The notes: generated from the sequence alone by a model not told the origin. A stretch of 64,000 nt of DNA from Candidatus Babeliales bacterium (GCA_050250855.1 JBFWNW010000001.1:256001-320000); one strand, 5' to 3'. Positions 19,941 to 30,654 are shown, counted from the stretch's first letter. Program-made: numbers and translations.

Positions 19941-19968
19941 CAGCCTTTTTTTGCAAATAAAACAAGTA

Positions 19969-20592
19969 TTATGATGAAAATGCCTCTTTAAAAAACTGAG
20001 CTTCCTTTGCAGGGTCATCAGCATGCGTAATTGCTTTGCTAATAACAATGCCATCAGGTTTTATAGAATTAATTTTATCAACGATGGAACGCTCAATTTT
20101 GCCAGAAACGTAGATGGGTAAATTAGAGTTCCCGCGTACCATATCCCAGGCATCAATGAATTTTAAAGGATCTTCATCTTCATATGAACGATGTACGAGC
20201 AAAGCAGAAACACCCATGCTTTTTGCCTCAAGAGCAGATTGCCCTGGCGATGCTGCATCGAGTAAATCGAGCATGATTTTAGCGCCTAAATTTTCTGCAG
20301 TGGTACATGCGGAATGGATGACGCTTGTATTGGTACCGGCCATAACGGTTATCCATTGCGCACCAGCTTGCACGAGCATGGTGACTGTTTGTTTGCCGCA
20401 ATCAACAATTTTGGCATCAGCAAGAATTGTTTTTTTAGGGAATGTTTCCTTAAACTTTTCAATGGCACTTAGTCCATATTTAAAAAGCAAGAGTGAACTA
20501 ATTTCGAATGTATCGATATATGGTTCAACTTTTTTGGCAATTTCTAGTGATTTATCAAGATCAATTAAGTCAAACGAAATTTGTACTTTCAT
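19969..20592 (-). CDS. 3-hexulose-6-phosphate synthase / OMP-decarboxylase superfamily protein
   Basis: QISFD, ADAKIVDCG (DxKxxD), AGAQWITVMA. Confidence 0.78.
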   Translation of the reverse strand: MKVQISFDLIDLDKSLEIAKKVEPYIDTFEISSLLLFKYGLSAIEKFKETFPKKTILADAKIVDCGKQTVTMLVQAGAQWITVMAGTNTSVIHSACTTAENLGAKIMLDLLDAASPGQSALEAKSMGVSALLVHRSYEDEDPLKFIDAWDMVRGNSNLPIYVSGKIERSIVDKINSIKPDGIVISKAITHADDPAKEAQFFKEAFSS

Positions 20593-20687
20593 ACGATTCC
20601 TTTATAACCATGAGATAGCATGATTCTTGTAAGTATACCATTGTTAGTTTATTTTGAAAAAAGGGTAGTTTAATCATGTCTCCATTA

Positions 20688-21398
20688 TTACCTTATATTC
20701 AGTTGCTGCGAGTAGTAAACATCGGATTGTTTTTGTACTAATGATTTAAGCGGTCCAAAGAATTGTCGTACGGTTAAAACCCATAGTGCTTGAGCAGCAA
20801 CATTAAGTCCTTTTTTTGCATAAATATCAGGCAAAACAAGTTGAGGATTATTATTGGTTATTGTTATACCTTCAGGTACATAGATATTTTGTGGTTTTGC
20901 AAATAAAACAATAGTATCCAGTGTTATGATATTATTGGTAGGCAGGGCAATCTGCTTAGTTTGCCAGAGCCAATCTTTTGTAGCCGGATCTTGTATGCGC
21001 TCAATAGAATACATTTGGGCCTGCGATAAAGGATCCAACTGCCAATGGTGAATCGTATTGCCGATCATAAAAATTGGTATAATGCGCGGTGTAATTAACA
21101 GCTTAAAAGCATCTTTTTGTTGTTTGCGTGGGAAGGTCATCAGCCCATCCATGTCAGAAAGAGCTAAATATCCTGCATACGAACCAAAAAGTCCTAGGTT
21201 GGAGGTGTTTTTTAGGTAATTATTTTTGAAGGTTTTTGCCAACGTTTTTCCAGGAGTTATTAAATTATTAAGGTGCTTTTTATGATCAAACTCTTTTTCA
21301 TCTTCTGGATAAGGACGAATAAAGAAATTAATAGTGCTATAAGTTGTACAGCAGTAACTAAAGAGCAAAAAATATGATATCTTAAGCGCAAGTCTCAT
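20688..21398 (-). CDS. Hypothetical exported protein
   Basis: 236-aa ORF with signal-like N-terminus. Confidence 0.7.
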   Translation of the reverse strand: MRLALKISYFLLFSYCCTTYSTINFFIRPYPEDEKEFDHKKHLNNLITPGKTLAKTFKNNYLKNTSNLGLFGSYAGYLALSDMDGLMTFPRKQQKDAFKLLITPRIIPIFMIGNTIHHWQLDPLSQAQMYSIERIQDPATKDWLWQTKQIALPTNNIITLDTIVLFAKPQNIYVPEGITITNNNPQLVLPDIYAKKGLNVAAQALWVLTVRQFFGPLKSLVQKQSDVYYSQQLNIR

Positions 21399-21459
21399 AA
21401 TTTTCCCTTTATGTGAGCCTTGTGTTTTAGGTACATTGTTATGATAACAAAGGTTTTTT

Positions 21460-22134
21460 ATGAAAAGCTACGGTTTAGATAATCAAGAATATTTTTATGA
21501 ACTGACCACGCAGGAAGAAGCGGCATTAAAGCATTTTTTTGTACAGGAAAAACTTAATGAAAAACAGGCTGGTCAGTTTAGAACCTATTTAATAGAACTT
21601 ATAATTTGGAATAAAAAATTTAATATTACGGCACTTGATACGGTGTCAGATATTATAGCTTACCATTTTCAGGATTCACTTAAAGTTCGAGATTTCATAC
21701 CTTTACAAAATTCTCGGGGCATAGCTGATGTTGGCTCTGGAGGAGGATTTCCTGGTCTTCCCCTAGCAATTTTATTTCCTGATCTTCCTGTAGTATTAAT
21801 TGAAGTTAATACTAAAAAAATAGAATTTTTGGAGCATATTAAAGTATTACTTGAACTTCATAACGTGACGGTGAGTCCTTTTGATTGGCGTACTTTTTTA
21901 CGAAAAACTGAATATCCAATAGATTTTTTTTGTGCACGCGCATCACTAGACCCTGAAGAGCTAGTACGTATATTTAAACCTGGTTGTTTTTACAACTATG
22001 CACAGTTAATTTATTGGGCTTCATCTGGATGGCATGGAGGTGAGCCGGAAAAGCCATTTTTAAAAACTGAAATTCCGTATAAGATAGGGGAAAGGTCAAG
22101 AAAATTTGTGGTTTTTTCTGCTAAAAATCATTGA
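21460..22134 (+). CDS. rsmG: 16S rRNA m7G527 methyltransferase
   Basis: WNKKFNITA, HFQDSL, DVGSGGGFPGLPLAI. Confidence 0.93.
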   Translation: MKSYGLDNQEYFYELTTQEEAALKHFFVQEKLNEKQAGQFRTYLIELIIWNKKFNITALDTVSDIIAYHFQDSLKVRDFIPLQNSRGIADVGSGGGFPGLPLAILFPDLPVVLIEVNTKKIEFLEHIKVLLELHNVTVSPFDWRTFLRKTEYPIDFFCARASLDPEELVRIFKPGCFYNYAQLIYWASSGWHGGEPEKPFLKTEIPYKIGERSRKFVVFSAKNH

Positions 22135-22149
22135 AGTAAGGAGAGTGGC

Positions 22150-23616
22150 GTGATCTTACAAGAATTAGGTAATAAAGTAAGTCTTAGGATCTTTGGGAGC
22201 AAAGATCTTACGCATAAAGAAGATTCTTTACTCAAAAGTTATGTTGGCGGTATTCTTGATGTTAAACACGGTGAAAGTTACGGAAAAATTTTAGGTTATT
22301 TTTTTCCCGAGTTTATTACGGCACTTCTTTTATATTCAGTGGTTCCTCTCATTGACGCTCGCTGGATTGCTTCACTCAAATCTACTTCTATTTATGCAAC
22401 GGTGGGTGTTACCAATACGCTGATTCATTTTATCATAAAAGCTGCAGAAGGTCTTTCTGTCGGTACGGTAATATTAGCAGGGCATTATAATGGCCTGCAG
22501 GATTATAAAGAAGTTGGCCGTTCAGTGCTCAGTTCATTTTGGGTGACCTGCGTGGTTGGTGGATCAATTGCGAGCATGCTTTTTTTTGGTGCACATTGGA
22601 TTTATGTCGCCTACGGTGTTCCTCAAAAAATGATAGAGCTCGGGGTACCCTTTTTGCGTCTTAAAGCTCTTGGGCTTTTTTGTATGTTTATTAACTTTGC
22701 TTTTGTAGGATTTTTGCGTGGTATTAAAAAGCCAAAAATTCCTATGCAGCTTTTTATTGGTGGTTGTATAGTATTTCTTTTTTTTGATTATGCTCTTATT
22801 TATGGCTCTTTTGGCTTGCCAGAGCTTGGATTAATGGGCTCAGCATGGGCTACTGTTATTCAGTATGCTTTTATGCTTATTGCTGGTATAGCTTACATTG
22901 TTATTGATCCTGCAAATCGTATATATAGTATCAGCTTATTTACGCACCTTGCAAGTTGGCGCCATATAGTTTCCATTTTCCAATTAAGTTGGCCCATTGT
23001 ACTTGATAAAGCTGTTTTTGCAGCGGCGTATATTTGGCTAGGGTATCTTATTAATCCTATGGGCAAGTATGCGATTGCTAGTTATAGCGTTATAAAAGAT
23101 TTAGAGCGGCTTGCTATTCAGCCAGCAGGAGCGTTTGCTCAGGTAATTACTTTTTTAGTGAGTAATTCTTATAGTGTCGCAGATTGGCAAGGGATTAAAA
23201 CGAATATAAAAAAGACAATTTTTCTCGCCTCACTGTTTGTTTTTTCAACATTATTAATATTTTCGATCTGGCCTGCTTTTTTTATTTCTATTTTTGACCA
23301 AAAAGGCAAGTTTACGGCTTTTTCTGCGGGTGTTTTTCCTTTTTTAAGTGTACTTGTTTTCTTTGATTTGCTACAATTGGTACTATCAGGAGCTTTGCGT
23401 GGAGCTGCTAATGTGAAAGTTGTCATGCTTGCTCGATTGGGAATTTTCTTGGTATATTTTATTCCCATATCCTGGTTTATAGCAGGGTTACCCCTTGAAA
23501 ATCAGATGTTAAAATTTTTATTAATTTATGGTTCATTTTATATCGGGAACGGCCTGATGAGCCTCATATATGTGTATCGCTTTCGTGGAAACCGCTGGAA
23601 AGATAAAGCTATTTAG
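22150..23616 (+). CDS. MATE family efflux transporter
   Basis: Multi-TM pattern; FGLPELGLMGSAWAT; GALRGA. Confidence 0.88.
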   Translation: MILQELGNKVSLRIFGSKDLTHKEDSLLKSYVGGILDVKHGESYGKILGYFFPEFITALLLYSVVPLIDARWIASLKSTSIYATVGVTNTLIHFIIKAAEGLSVGTVILAGHYNGLQDYKEVGRSVLSSFWVTCVVGGSIASMLFFGAHWIYVAYGVPQKMIELGVPFLRLKALGLFCMFINFAFVGFLRGIKKPKIPMQLFIGGCIVFLFFDYALIYGSFGLPELGLMGSAWATVIQYAFMLIAGIAYIVIDPANRIYSISLFTHLASWRHIVSIFQLSWPIVLDKAVFAAAYIWLGYLINPMGKYAIASYSVIKDLERLAIQPAGAFAQVITFLVSNSYSVADWQGIKTNIKKTIFLASLFVFSTLLIFSIWPAFFISIFDQKGKFTAFSAGVFPFLSVLVFFDLLQLVLSGALRGAANVKVVMLARLGIFLVYFIPISWFIAGLPLENQMLKFLLIYGSFYIGNGLMSLIYVYRFRGNRWKDKAI

Positions 23617-23624
23617 GTATAACT

Positions 23625-23909
23625 ATGACAAAAATTACAAAACAGGAACTTTTAAAAATTGCACAAATTTCTCAGTTGCGTCTTGATGAAGCTGATATTG
23701 AACCCCTTATCAAACAGATTCAGGATGTTTTGACGTATGCTGAGCGTGTACAGGAAGTAGCTGAAGATATTCAGATGCCCTCAACGCAAAATATCAATGT
23801 TTTGCGCGAAGATATGATAGTTACTACTGTAGCACAGCCACTTTTAGATCTTGCGCCTGAGCGTGAGGAAGATTATTACGTGGTGCCAAAAATTATTGAA
23901 AATAAATAA
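23625..23909 (+). CDS. gatC: Asp/Glu-tRNA amidotransferase subunit C
   Basis: IAQISQLRL, NVLRED, YYVVPKII; upstream of gatA. Confidence 0.92.
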   Translation: MTKITKQELLKIAQISQLRLDEADIEPLIKQIQDVLTYAERVQEVAEDIQMPSTQNINVLREDMIVTTVAQPLLDLAPEREEDYYVVPKIIENK

Positions 23910-23917
23910 GGATCTGC

Positions 23918-25363
23918 ATGAAAGATTTTGCATTTGCAACGATAGATCAATTAAAAAAAGCTTTAGATGAAAAAAGTATTTCTAGGCAAGAGCTTTTAAA
24001 TTTTTTTATTAAGCGTTTTGCTGATTATGACAAAAAATTAGGTTCTGCTCTTGAGGTTTTTGATGCAGAATCAATTTTAAAGAATAGTTCTGATAAGGGT
24101 CCTCTTGCAGGAATTCCTGGTCTTATCAAAGATAATATTGCCCAAAAAGAACGCTCATTGACCTGTGCTTCAAAAATCTTAGAAGGATTTAAAGCTACTT
24201 ATGATGCTACGGCAAGTTATCGTCTTAAGAATGCTGGCGCCTTATTAATTGGCCGTGCAAATTTGGATGAGTTTGCTATGGGAAGTTCAACAGAAACTTC
24301 TGCGTTTCAAAAAACGGCAAATCCATGGAATCTACAGTGTGTTCCTGGTGGTTCAAGTGGTGGCTCTATTGCAGCGGTTGCCGCTGGGCTAGTGCCGTGG
24401 GCTCTTGGCTCTGAAACAGGAGGCTCTGTTCGTCAGCCGGCTGCGTTATGTGGTATTGTTGGTCTTAAGCCGACATATGGTCTTGTTTCACGTAATGGTC
24501 TTGTTGCATACGCTTCATCGCTTGATCAAATTGGTATTGCAACGCGTACGGTGCGTGATAATGCGCAGGTTCTTTCTGTTATTGCAGGGCATGATACCAA
24601 AGATTCATCAAGTTTATATGTAGATAAAAAAGATTATACTTCATTACTTGATGGCAAGCTCAAAGAAGGTTTTAGAATTGGTGTATTAGAAAATGCTCTT
24701 GATGCTGAAGGCATGTCTCCTGAAATGAAGGAGGCTTTGCAGGAAGTCATTAAGAAATATGAACAAATGGGCGCTATAATCAAACGTATTAAACTACCTA
24801 TCATGGATTATGCTGCAGCTGTCTATTTTATCATTAGCCGTGCAGAAGCTGCTTCTAACTTGGCACGCTTTGATGGCGTACGCTATGGCTTGCGTGATGA
24901 AGCGTCAAGTCTGAGCGCTATGTATACCAATACGCGTCATGATGGATTTGGCCAAGAAGTGCAAGTTCGTATTATGACTGGTAACTATGTACTTTCAGCT
25001 GGCCATGCAGCAGAGTTTTATAGCAATGCAAAAAAAGTACAACGATTGATGCAATATGAATATGCGCAGACTTTTAAAGAAGTTGATGCATTAATAAGTC
25101 CTGTAACGCCAACAACAGCGTTTAAATTTGGTGCTTTTGATCAAGATCGTTTACAAATGGATTTACAAGATTACTTTACCTGCTCGGTAAACATTGCGGG
25201 TATTCCTGCTGTTGCGGTGCCGTGTGGTTTTTCAAAAGATAAAATGCCTATGGGCTTTCAGTTAATTGGACCACATCTTTCTGAGGCGCGCTTGTATCAA
25301 GCTGCCTATGCTTACGAGCAAGAAATGCCATGGCATACCATGCATCCTGAGGAGTTTATTTAA
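23918..25363 (+). CDS. gatA: Asp/Glu-tRNA amidotransferase subunit A
   Basis: Amidase signature GGSSGGS, GSETGGSVRQPA, SNLARFDGVRYG. Confidence 0.97.
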   Translation: MKDFAFATIDQLKKALDEKSISRQELLNFFIKRFADYDKKLGSALEVFDAESILKNSSDKGPLAGIPGLIKDNIAQKERSLTCASKILEGFKATYDATASYRLKNAGALLIGRANLDEFAMGSSTETSAFQKTANPWNLQCVPGGSSGGSIAAVAAGLVPWALGSETGGSVRQPAALCGIVGLKPTYGLVSRNGLVAYASSLDQIGIATRTVRDNAQVLSVIAGHDTKDSSSLYVDKKDYTSLLDGKLKEGFRIGVLENALDAEGMSPEMKEALQEVIKKYEQMGAIIKRIKLPIMDYAAAVYFIISRAEAASNLARFDGVRYGLRDEASSLSAMYTNTRHDGFGQEVQVRIMTGNYVLSAGHAAEFYSNAKKVQRLMQYEYAQTFKEVDALISPVTPTTAFKFGAFDQDRLQMDLQDYFTCSVNIAGIPAVAVPCGFSKDKMPMGFQLIGPHLSEARLYQAAYAYEQEMPWHTMHPEEFI

Positions 25364-25383
25364 AATAAAAAAAAGGAGAGGAG

Positions 25384-26010
25384 ATGTTTCAAGATCGTTA
25401 TGATGCAGCCAATCAGCTTGCTCTTGCTTTAAAACAGTACCAAAATAATCCTGATGTTATAATTTTAGCTATTCCTCGTGGCGGGCTTGAACTTGGCTTT
25501 GTGCTAGCAGAGCAACTTAAAGCGCCGCTTGATGTTGTTTTTGCCAAAAAAATTGGTGCACCGAATAACCCTGAATATGCAATTGGTGCGCTTACGCTGC
25601 ATGAACAAGAGATTGATCCCCGTTTTATGGATGTTTCTATGCAGGATTACATTGATCAAGAAACTGAACGGATTCGCACACTGCTCAAAAAACGCTACCA
25701 AGAGTATCGAGGTCAAAAGCTTGCCCTTGATCTTCATAATAAAATTGTCATTGTTGTTGATGATGGCGTTGCCACGGGAAGAACGGTAAAGCTTGCCCTC
25801 AAAGAAGTAAAACAGTTCAAACCAAAAAAATTAATCCTAGCAGTTCCCGTCGGCGCTCCTGATACTATCAAAGAGTTAGAAAAATATGCTGATGAAGTTG
25901 TTTGCTTGCAAAAAGCAGAGCTATTTTTTGCCGTAGGGCAATTTTATGATCAGTTTCCCCAAGTTGATGATCAAGAGGCGATTCGCTTATTGCATAAAGC
26001 TAATGACTAA
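25384..26010 (+). CDS. Phosphoribosyltransferase family protein
   Basis: MFQDR..A, AIPRGG, VVDDGVATGRT, AVGQFY. Confidence 0.88.
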   Translation: MFQDRYDAANQLALALKQYQNNPDVIILAIPRGGLELGFVLAEQLKAPLDVVFAKKIGAPNNPEYAIGALTLHEQEIDPRFMDVSMQDYIDQETERIRTLLKKRYQEYRGQKLALDLHNKIVIVVDDGVATGRTVKLALKEVKQFKPKKLILAVPVGAPDTIKELEKYADEVVCLQKAELFFAVGQFYDQFPQVDDQEAIRLLHKAND

Positions 26011-26077
26011 ATGATGTTTTTTTTATAAAGATTATTTTTTTGTTTTGTTCATGGGTTAGGGGTTCTATTTTATTTGC

Positions 26078-26483
26078 ATATCTCACGGCACCCTCATGCC
26101 GGGTGCAGGGCACAAAGGTATTGCGTGCCCAATACCTTTGATACAAGGGCACATAAGAGAAGATCTCTTATGTATCTCTCTGCGCTCATAACTCGGCTTC
26201 CAGATTTTTATTAAAAAAAATCTGAGAAGCTCTCAAACAGATGAGCTTTCAAGGTGCACTAAACTATTTTTTATACATTTACACCGGTAGCGAATCATCG
26301 ACCTGCCGTGTCCGCCATAGCTCGAAGAGCGACGGCTGGAAAATCGAGGGTTGAAAACCCGAAGAGTGAGTGGTTGATGTCTGAGCGGGCAAGCGATCCA
26401 ACAGCATGTTGGTGTATTTTTGTCCAGCCCTTTTGTACAAGCAAAAGGGGCTGGTCCCGTCCCGGAGAGGGACCGTGAGATAT
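26078..26483. mobile_element. MITE-like composite structured element (family M), copy A
   Basis: Terminal IR ATATCTCACGG/CCGTGAGATAT; internal hairpins; long near-identical blocks at 52.5k and, inverted, at 57.9-58.2k; no transposase. Confidence 0.75.
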
Positions 26484-26596
26484 ATGAAAGCAAAAAATAT
26501 AATTAAAAAATTTATAATCATTAGCTTTGTACAATACTACAATTTTTATATAAGCTTTTTGTAAAAAGCTTATTGTCTCTTGTAAAGGAGTAGTAG

Positions 26597-27436
26597 ATGA
26601 GATTATTTGCAACGCGTTCATGCCGCCATTTAATGGAAGATTTTAAAGAGATTGCAGGGCATGTAGAGATCAAAACATTTTCTGATGGCGAAATTTATGT
26701 GCGCCTTTTGGAGAATGTTGCCAAGCAAGACGTATGGGTATTAGCGCAAACGGCACCGCCTGCAGAAAATCTTATAGAACTTTATTTTTTGCTTGATGCA
26801 TTGCAGCGCGAAAATGCCAACGTTAATCTTTTTTTAACGTACTTTGGGTATGCGCGGCAAGATCGTACTGCTTATGGAGAAGCATTGAGTAGCGAAGTGC
26901 TTTTTCGCTTTTTGCAAACATTTAACATAAAAAGTACTAAAATTCTTCATATTCATAATCCTAAATTGCGTGTATTTTATGATTTTCAAGATGTTATTTT
27001 ATTAGATTTTTTTATTCCGTATGCACAAGAGGCTGATATACTTGTTGCGCCGGACCATGGTGCACAGGCGTTGGTAGCATCTATAGCTGAATGTGCAAAA
27101 AAAGAATATGTGGTTATGAGCAAAACGCGTAGTAGTCACGAACATATTGAAAAAATCACCATTAACGGTACGGTAAAAAATAAGAGAGTCCTTTTGATTG
27201 ATGATATGATTGCAACAGGTGGCACTATTGTACATGCAGCAAAAATTCTTAAAGAACATGGTGCGGTAGAAATTGCTGTTGCTGCTACGCATGGTGTATT
27301 TTCCGACGATGCGTATAACCGCATTGCAAAAAGTGCAATAGATAGAGTTTTTGTAACAAATTCATTGCCACAACAAGAACATGAAAAAGTTACGGTAGTT
27401 AATTGTGCCCCTATGATTGAGCATTTTTTTCGTTGA
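26597..27436 (+). CDS. prs: Ribose-phosphate pyrophosphokinase
   Basis: FSDGEIYV, YFGYARQDR, VAPDHG, IDDMIATGGT, ATHGVFS. Confidence 0.93.
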   Translation: MRLFATRSCRHLMEDFKEIAGHVEIKTFSDGEIYVRLLENVAKQDVWVLAQTAPPAENLIELYFLLDALQRENANVNLFLTYFGYARQDRTAYGEALSSEVLFRFLQTFNIKSTKILHIHNPKLRVFYDFQDVILLDFFIPYAQEADILVAPDHGAQALVASIAECAKKEYVVMSKTRSSHEHIEKITINGTVKNKRVLLIDDMIATGGTIVHAAKILKEHGAVEIAVAATHGVFSDDAYNRIAKSAIDRVFVTNSLPQQEHEKVTVVNCAPMIEHFFR

Positions 27437-27481
27437 GCGGTATTATATTAATGTGAATTTGAGTTTTGATAGTATTTAAAT

Positions 27482-27661
27482 GCGCTCATGGTGAGTGATT
27501 TCGAAGAAATCGTATCGAACCATATGAGCAAAAATGTTGTTCGAATGCTTCGACAAGCTCAGCACGAACGGAGTGAGGGTTGAGCGCAGCGTTTACTCCT
27601 GCATGCCCGACGTAGCACTGTGCGAAGTCTGGGAGTTTGATCGAAGGGTCACCACGAACGG
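27482..27661. repeat. REP-like cluster (family R) with a nested mini-element
   Basis: GCTCATGGTGAG..TCGAACCAT; CTTCGACAAGCTCAGCACGAACGG; nested GCCCGACGTAGC..GCGAAGTCTGGG (27605-27633). Confidence 0.75.
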
Positions 27662-27668
27662 TATAGAG

Positions 27669-28544
27669 ATGTTTAAATCTTGTAAGAATGAAGTTATCTT
27701 AAAATCGTATATTTTTTTTATATTTATTGCTGTTTTTACTAGTTATGCTGCACGAGAGCCCGTTGTAACGCATAAAAAACATAAGCGGTATCAACCGTTG
27801 CTTTGTAGAGATCGTCCGTATAGAAGTTGCCTGAATAAGTTTGGTTTTATTGTAGGTGATATTGTACAGGATGCTTTAAAACTTAACTGGTATTTATTTT
27901 CTGTTACCTCTGCAAAAGTTATAACAGGATTTATACCTCCTTATCTTTTGACGCGCCAATTTGATGAACGTATTCAATGTCACTTTTATGATGAAGCATG
28001 CCACAAAAATGTTAATCAATTTCCCAAGGCATGCCATACGATAGCAAAGAATGGTGTTGGTATTCCTATGGTTCTTCTTTCAAGTCTTGTTGTTTTTGCA
28101 CCAGATGAAGATTTGCGGCAAACGGCACGTATGTTTATTATAGGTTTGCCATTTGTACATTCAGGTAAAGATATCATAAAAAAAATGCGCTCAAAATGTT
28201 GTTTGCGGCCGTGGAATGAGAATTTTAGTTGTACCAAGCGTTCTTCTGGCGGTTTTCCATCAGGTCATATGGCGAATGTAACGTACGCGGCAACACTTTT
28301 TGGTATTCGTCATGGCCTTGAATGGGCCATTCCACTCAGTTGTTTGGCGGCATTTGTTTTTGCAGATTTTGTTAATTGTAATCGCCACTATGTTTCACAG
28401 CTTATTGCCGGTGCAGGGCTTGGCGTTTTGTATGCTCTGGCAGCTGACCAAGTAATTAAACGAAAATTTTCTGAGCACTGCTCATGCAGCGTAGGGCGTG
28501 ATGAACAGGGCCATTCGACAATTAAGGTAGCGTATAAGTTTTAG
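27669..28544 (+). CDS. PAP2 family phosphatase
   Basis: K......RP, FPSGH and RHYVSQ motifs; upstream ORF extension lies in the repeat. Confidence 0.8.
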   Translation: MFKSCKNEVILKSYIFFIFIAVFTSYAAREPVVTHKKHKRYQPLLCRDRPYRSCLNKFGFIVGDIVQDALKLNWYLFSVTSAKVITGFIPPYLLTRQFDERIQCHFYDEACHKNVNQFPKACHTIAKNGVGIPMVLLSSLVVFAPDEDLRQTARMFIIGLPFVHSGKDIIKKMRSKCCLRPWNENFSCTKRSSGGFPSGHMANVTYAATLFGIRHGLEWAIPLSCLAAFVFADFVNCNRHYVSQLIAGAGLGVLYALAADQVIKRKFSEHCSCSVGRDEQGHSTIKVAYKF

Positions 28545-28622
28545 ACTCTTGTTCTCCTGTCTTACGCTCTATATACTTAAAAAAGATAGTAAAAATTATG
28601 GCCATAAAAAAGTAAAAATAAT

Positions 28623-29429
28623 ATGCCTCATATAACGATTCGTCATATTTTTTTTACCGCTATTCTAGGTATTCTACTCTTTTTTGTAGGGACATCATTA
28701 CTAGTAGCCGGTAAATCTTTATTATATATGGTAACGTCTACCGTAACCTATCCCTTTTTGTATGTACAAAAGAGCATTGCGCAACCTATTAATTCTTTTT
28801 TTGAGCGTAGGAAAACAACGCAAGAGCTTTTAGAACAGATCAAACAGCTGCAACAAGAACGTGAAATGCTTATAGAATATACCGTGGCGCTTGAAGCGGA
28901 ATTTGATTTTGCAGCAGAAACTAAAGAGCTCATACAATTTTGCAAGCGCTATGATATGTATGAAAAACATTTAGCACAAGTTCTTTTGCGTAATTTTTCT
29001 GATCAAGGACATTTTTTCTTAGTTGAAGGTGGTTCTAGAAAAGGTATTGAAGTTGATATGGTGGCCATTTATAAAAACTGTTTAATTGGTCGCGTAGTAG
29101 AAGTATATCCTTATTATGCCAAAGTAGTATTGATCAGCGATAAACAATGCAAAGTTGCTGCCTATTGCGCACAAACAAAAACCGAAGGTATTTATGAAGG
29201 GCTGAATCAGCCTGATGGATCTCTTGCTCATGTCAGCCATTTAAAGCCATTACAAAAAGATGAACGGGTGATCTCTAGTGGCCAAGGGTTAGTATTTCCG
29301 CGCGGCTTTGGATTAGGTAAAATAAATTCTTACGAACTTGATGGTATTTATTACAAAGTACACGTTGCACCCCTGCTTGATTTGACAACAATTTCTTGTT
29401 GTTATTTGATCAAGAAGGGAACAGATTAA
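28623..29429 (+). CDS. mreC: Rod shape-determining protein MreC
   Basis: TM + coiled coil; GSRKGIEVDM, LIGRVVEV, SSGQGLVFPRG. Confidence 0.88.
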   Translation: MPHITIRHIFFTAILGILLFFVGTSLLVAGKSLLYMVTSTVTYPFLYVQKSIAQPINSFFERRKTTQELLEQIKQLQQEREMLIEYTVALEAEFDFAAETKELIQFCKRYDMYEKHLAQVLLRNFSDQGHFFLVEGGSRKGIEVDMVAIYKNCLIGRVVEVYPYYAKVVLISDKQCKVAAYCAQTKTEGIYEGLNQPDGSLAHVSHLKPLQKDERVISSGQGLVFPRGFGLGKINSYELDGIYYKVHVAPLLDLTTISCCYLIKKGTD

Positions 29430-29430
29430 A

Positions 29431-30330
29431 TTATTTTATTGCACAGCTTAGTAACGCTTTTCTAATCATACCCTCAAGCGGTGAGCTTGCATCTTCTGTA
29501 GGATCTTGTTGTCCCATAAAGTAGCCAAGCCAGCCACGTGCAGATTCTGAAGGTTTTATCCATTCTATTTTTTCTTCAATCAATGCAGCTTTTTTAAGAT
29601 AAGCAATAGCGTTAGAAAGTGAGCCAAGCTCATCAACAAGGCCATTCTGTAACGCTTGTTTGCCGGTAAAGAGTTTACCATTTGCCCATTCAGGGGCTTT
29701 TGCTAATGATATTCTTTTTCTATTGCGCGCAACGTGTTCAATAAAGGTTTGGTAACTATCGTGCGTAATACCTTCTAAATGTACCAGTTCTTCTTGAGTA
29801 GGGTTGGTAAAGGGATTGGTTGAATCTTTGTAATCGCCGGTTTTTATTGATTCATATGTAATATTGTGGTGGGCTAAAAAGTTTTTTACTTTAAATTGAT
29901 TCGGAATGGTGGTCCCAATGCTCCCGATGATAGTAGAGGGGGAAGCGATAACATGATCTGTTGTTGCAGCAATAAGGTAAGCGCCCGATGCACAGATATT
30001 TTCCGTTAACACAATAATAGGTTTAGGATATTTTTTCTTATAAAATTCAATTTCATTAGCAATCGCTTCTGCTGATCCTGCGGTGGTTCCTGAAGATTCT
30101 ATTTTAACCAAAATGGCTTTGATTTCGGGGTTTTTGTAGAACTTTTTGAGATATTTGATGTAATGCGAGGAATTGCTTACCATGCCATTGATAGGCAGGT
30201 ACGCTACTTTTGTGTGCGGTTTGAGTGCATCAAAATACTGCTTTTTTATGCTATGCAAGAGTGGTGGTGCTATTTGTAAGAGAATAAGAACGAAGAAAAT
30301 CGTTTTTAAATAATCGGTTATTTTCGCCAT
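29431..30330 (-). CDS. sppA: Signal peptide peptidase SppA (S49)
   Basis: CASGAYLIA, IIGSIG, KTGDYKD, GLVDELG. Confidence 0.9.
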   Translation of the reverse strand: MAKITDYLKTIFFVLILLQIAPPLLHSIKKQYFDALKPHTKVAYLPINGMVSNSSHYIKYLKKFYKNPEIKAILVKIESSGTTAGSAEAIANEIEFYKKKYPKPIIVLTENICASGAYLIAATTDHVIASPSTIIGSIGTTIPNQFKVKNFLAHHNITYESIKTGDYKDSTNPFTNPTQEELVHLEGITHDSYQTFIEHVARNRKRISLAKAPEWANGKLFTGKQALQNGLVDELGSLSNAIAYLKKAALIEEKIEWIKPSESARGWLGYFMGQQDPTEDASSPLEGMIRKALLSCAIK

Positions 30331-30433
30331 ATAATTCCTAAAAAAAGGTGAACCTATAAGGTTTAATTTTTAGCCTGTTGTTAGTATATACAAAAAGGAA
30401 TGAAAAATTAAAACAGTTTTTGGCTTTTTTCTT

Positions 30434-30462
30434 TTGACTTTTCTCATCTTTTTCTCTACACT
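30434..30462 (+). promoter_or_regulatory. Putative sigma70 promoter of the tRNA cluster
   Basis: TTGACT-17-TACACT. Confidence 0.55.
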
Positions 30463-30514
30463 TTTCATTACAATTAAGGTTACTTGAGAGAGAAACCTTT
30501 GAAATGTAGATTAG

Positions 30515-30591
30515 GGGCGGTTAGCTCAGTTGGTTAGAGCACCAGTCTTACAAACTGGGGGTCACAGGTTCGAATCCTGTATCGCCCACCA
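30515..30591 (+). tRNA. tRNA-Val(TAC)
   Basis: Stem CCAGT/ACTGG, loop CT-TAC-AA; CCA. Confidence 0.96.
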
Positions 30592-30643
30592 GGCTTCGCT
30601 TATCCGGGTTTTCAAACTCGGCAAGCTTCGCCCGGCGAGGCCA
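30592..30643. repeat. Mini palindromic element (family S) abutting the tRNA-Val CCA
   Basis: GGCTTCGC-hairpin-AGCTTCGCCCGGCGAGGCCA; reverse complement matches 58048-58078. Confidence 0.65.
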
Positions 30644-30654
30644 TGAAAAATTAT

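Noticed and set aside
20114..20623. 169-aa plus-strand ORF and the many other short overlapping ORFs in the track
   Set aside because: They are antisense or alternative-frame shadows of well-supported genes, with no motifs
26233..26621. Minus-strand ORFs within the family M copies (also 52651-52839 and 58098-58286) as transposase remnants
   Set aside because: Short, frames not conserved between copies, and no DDE/HUH motifs
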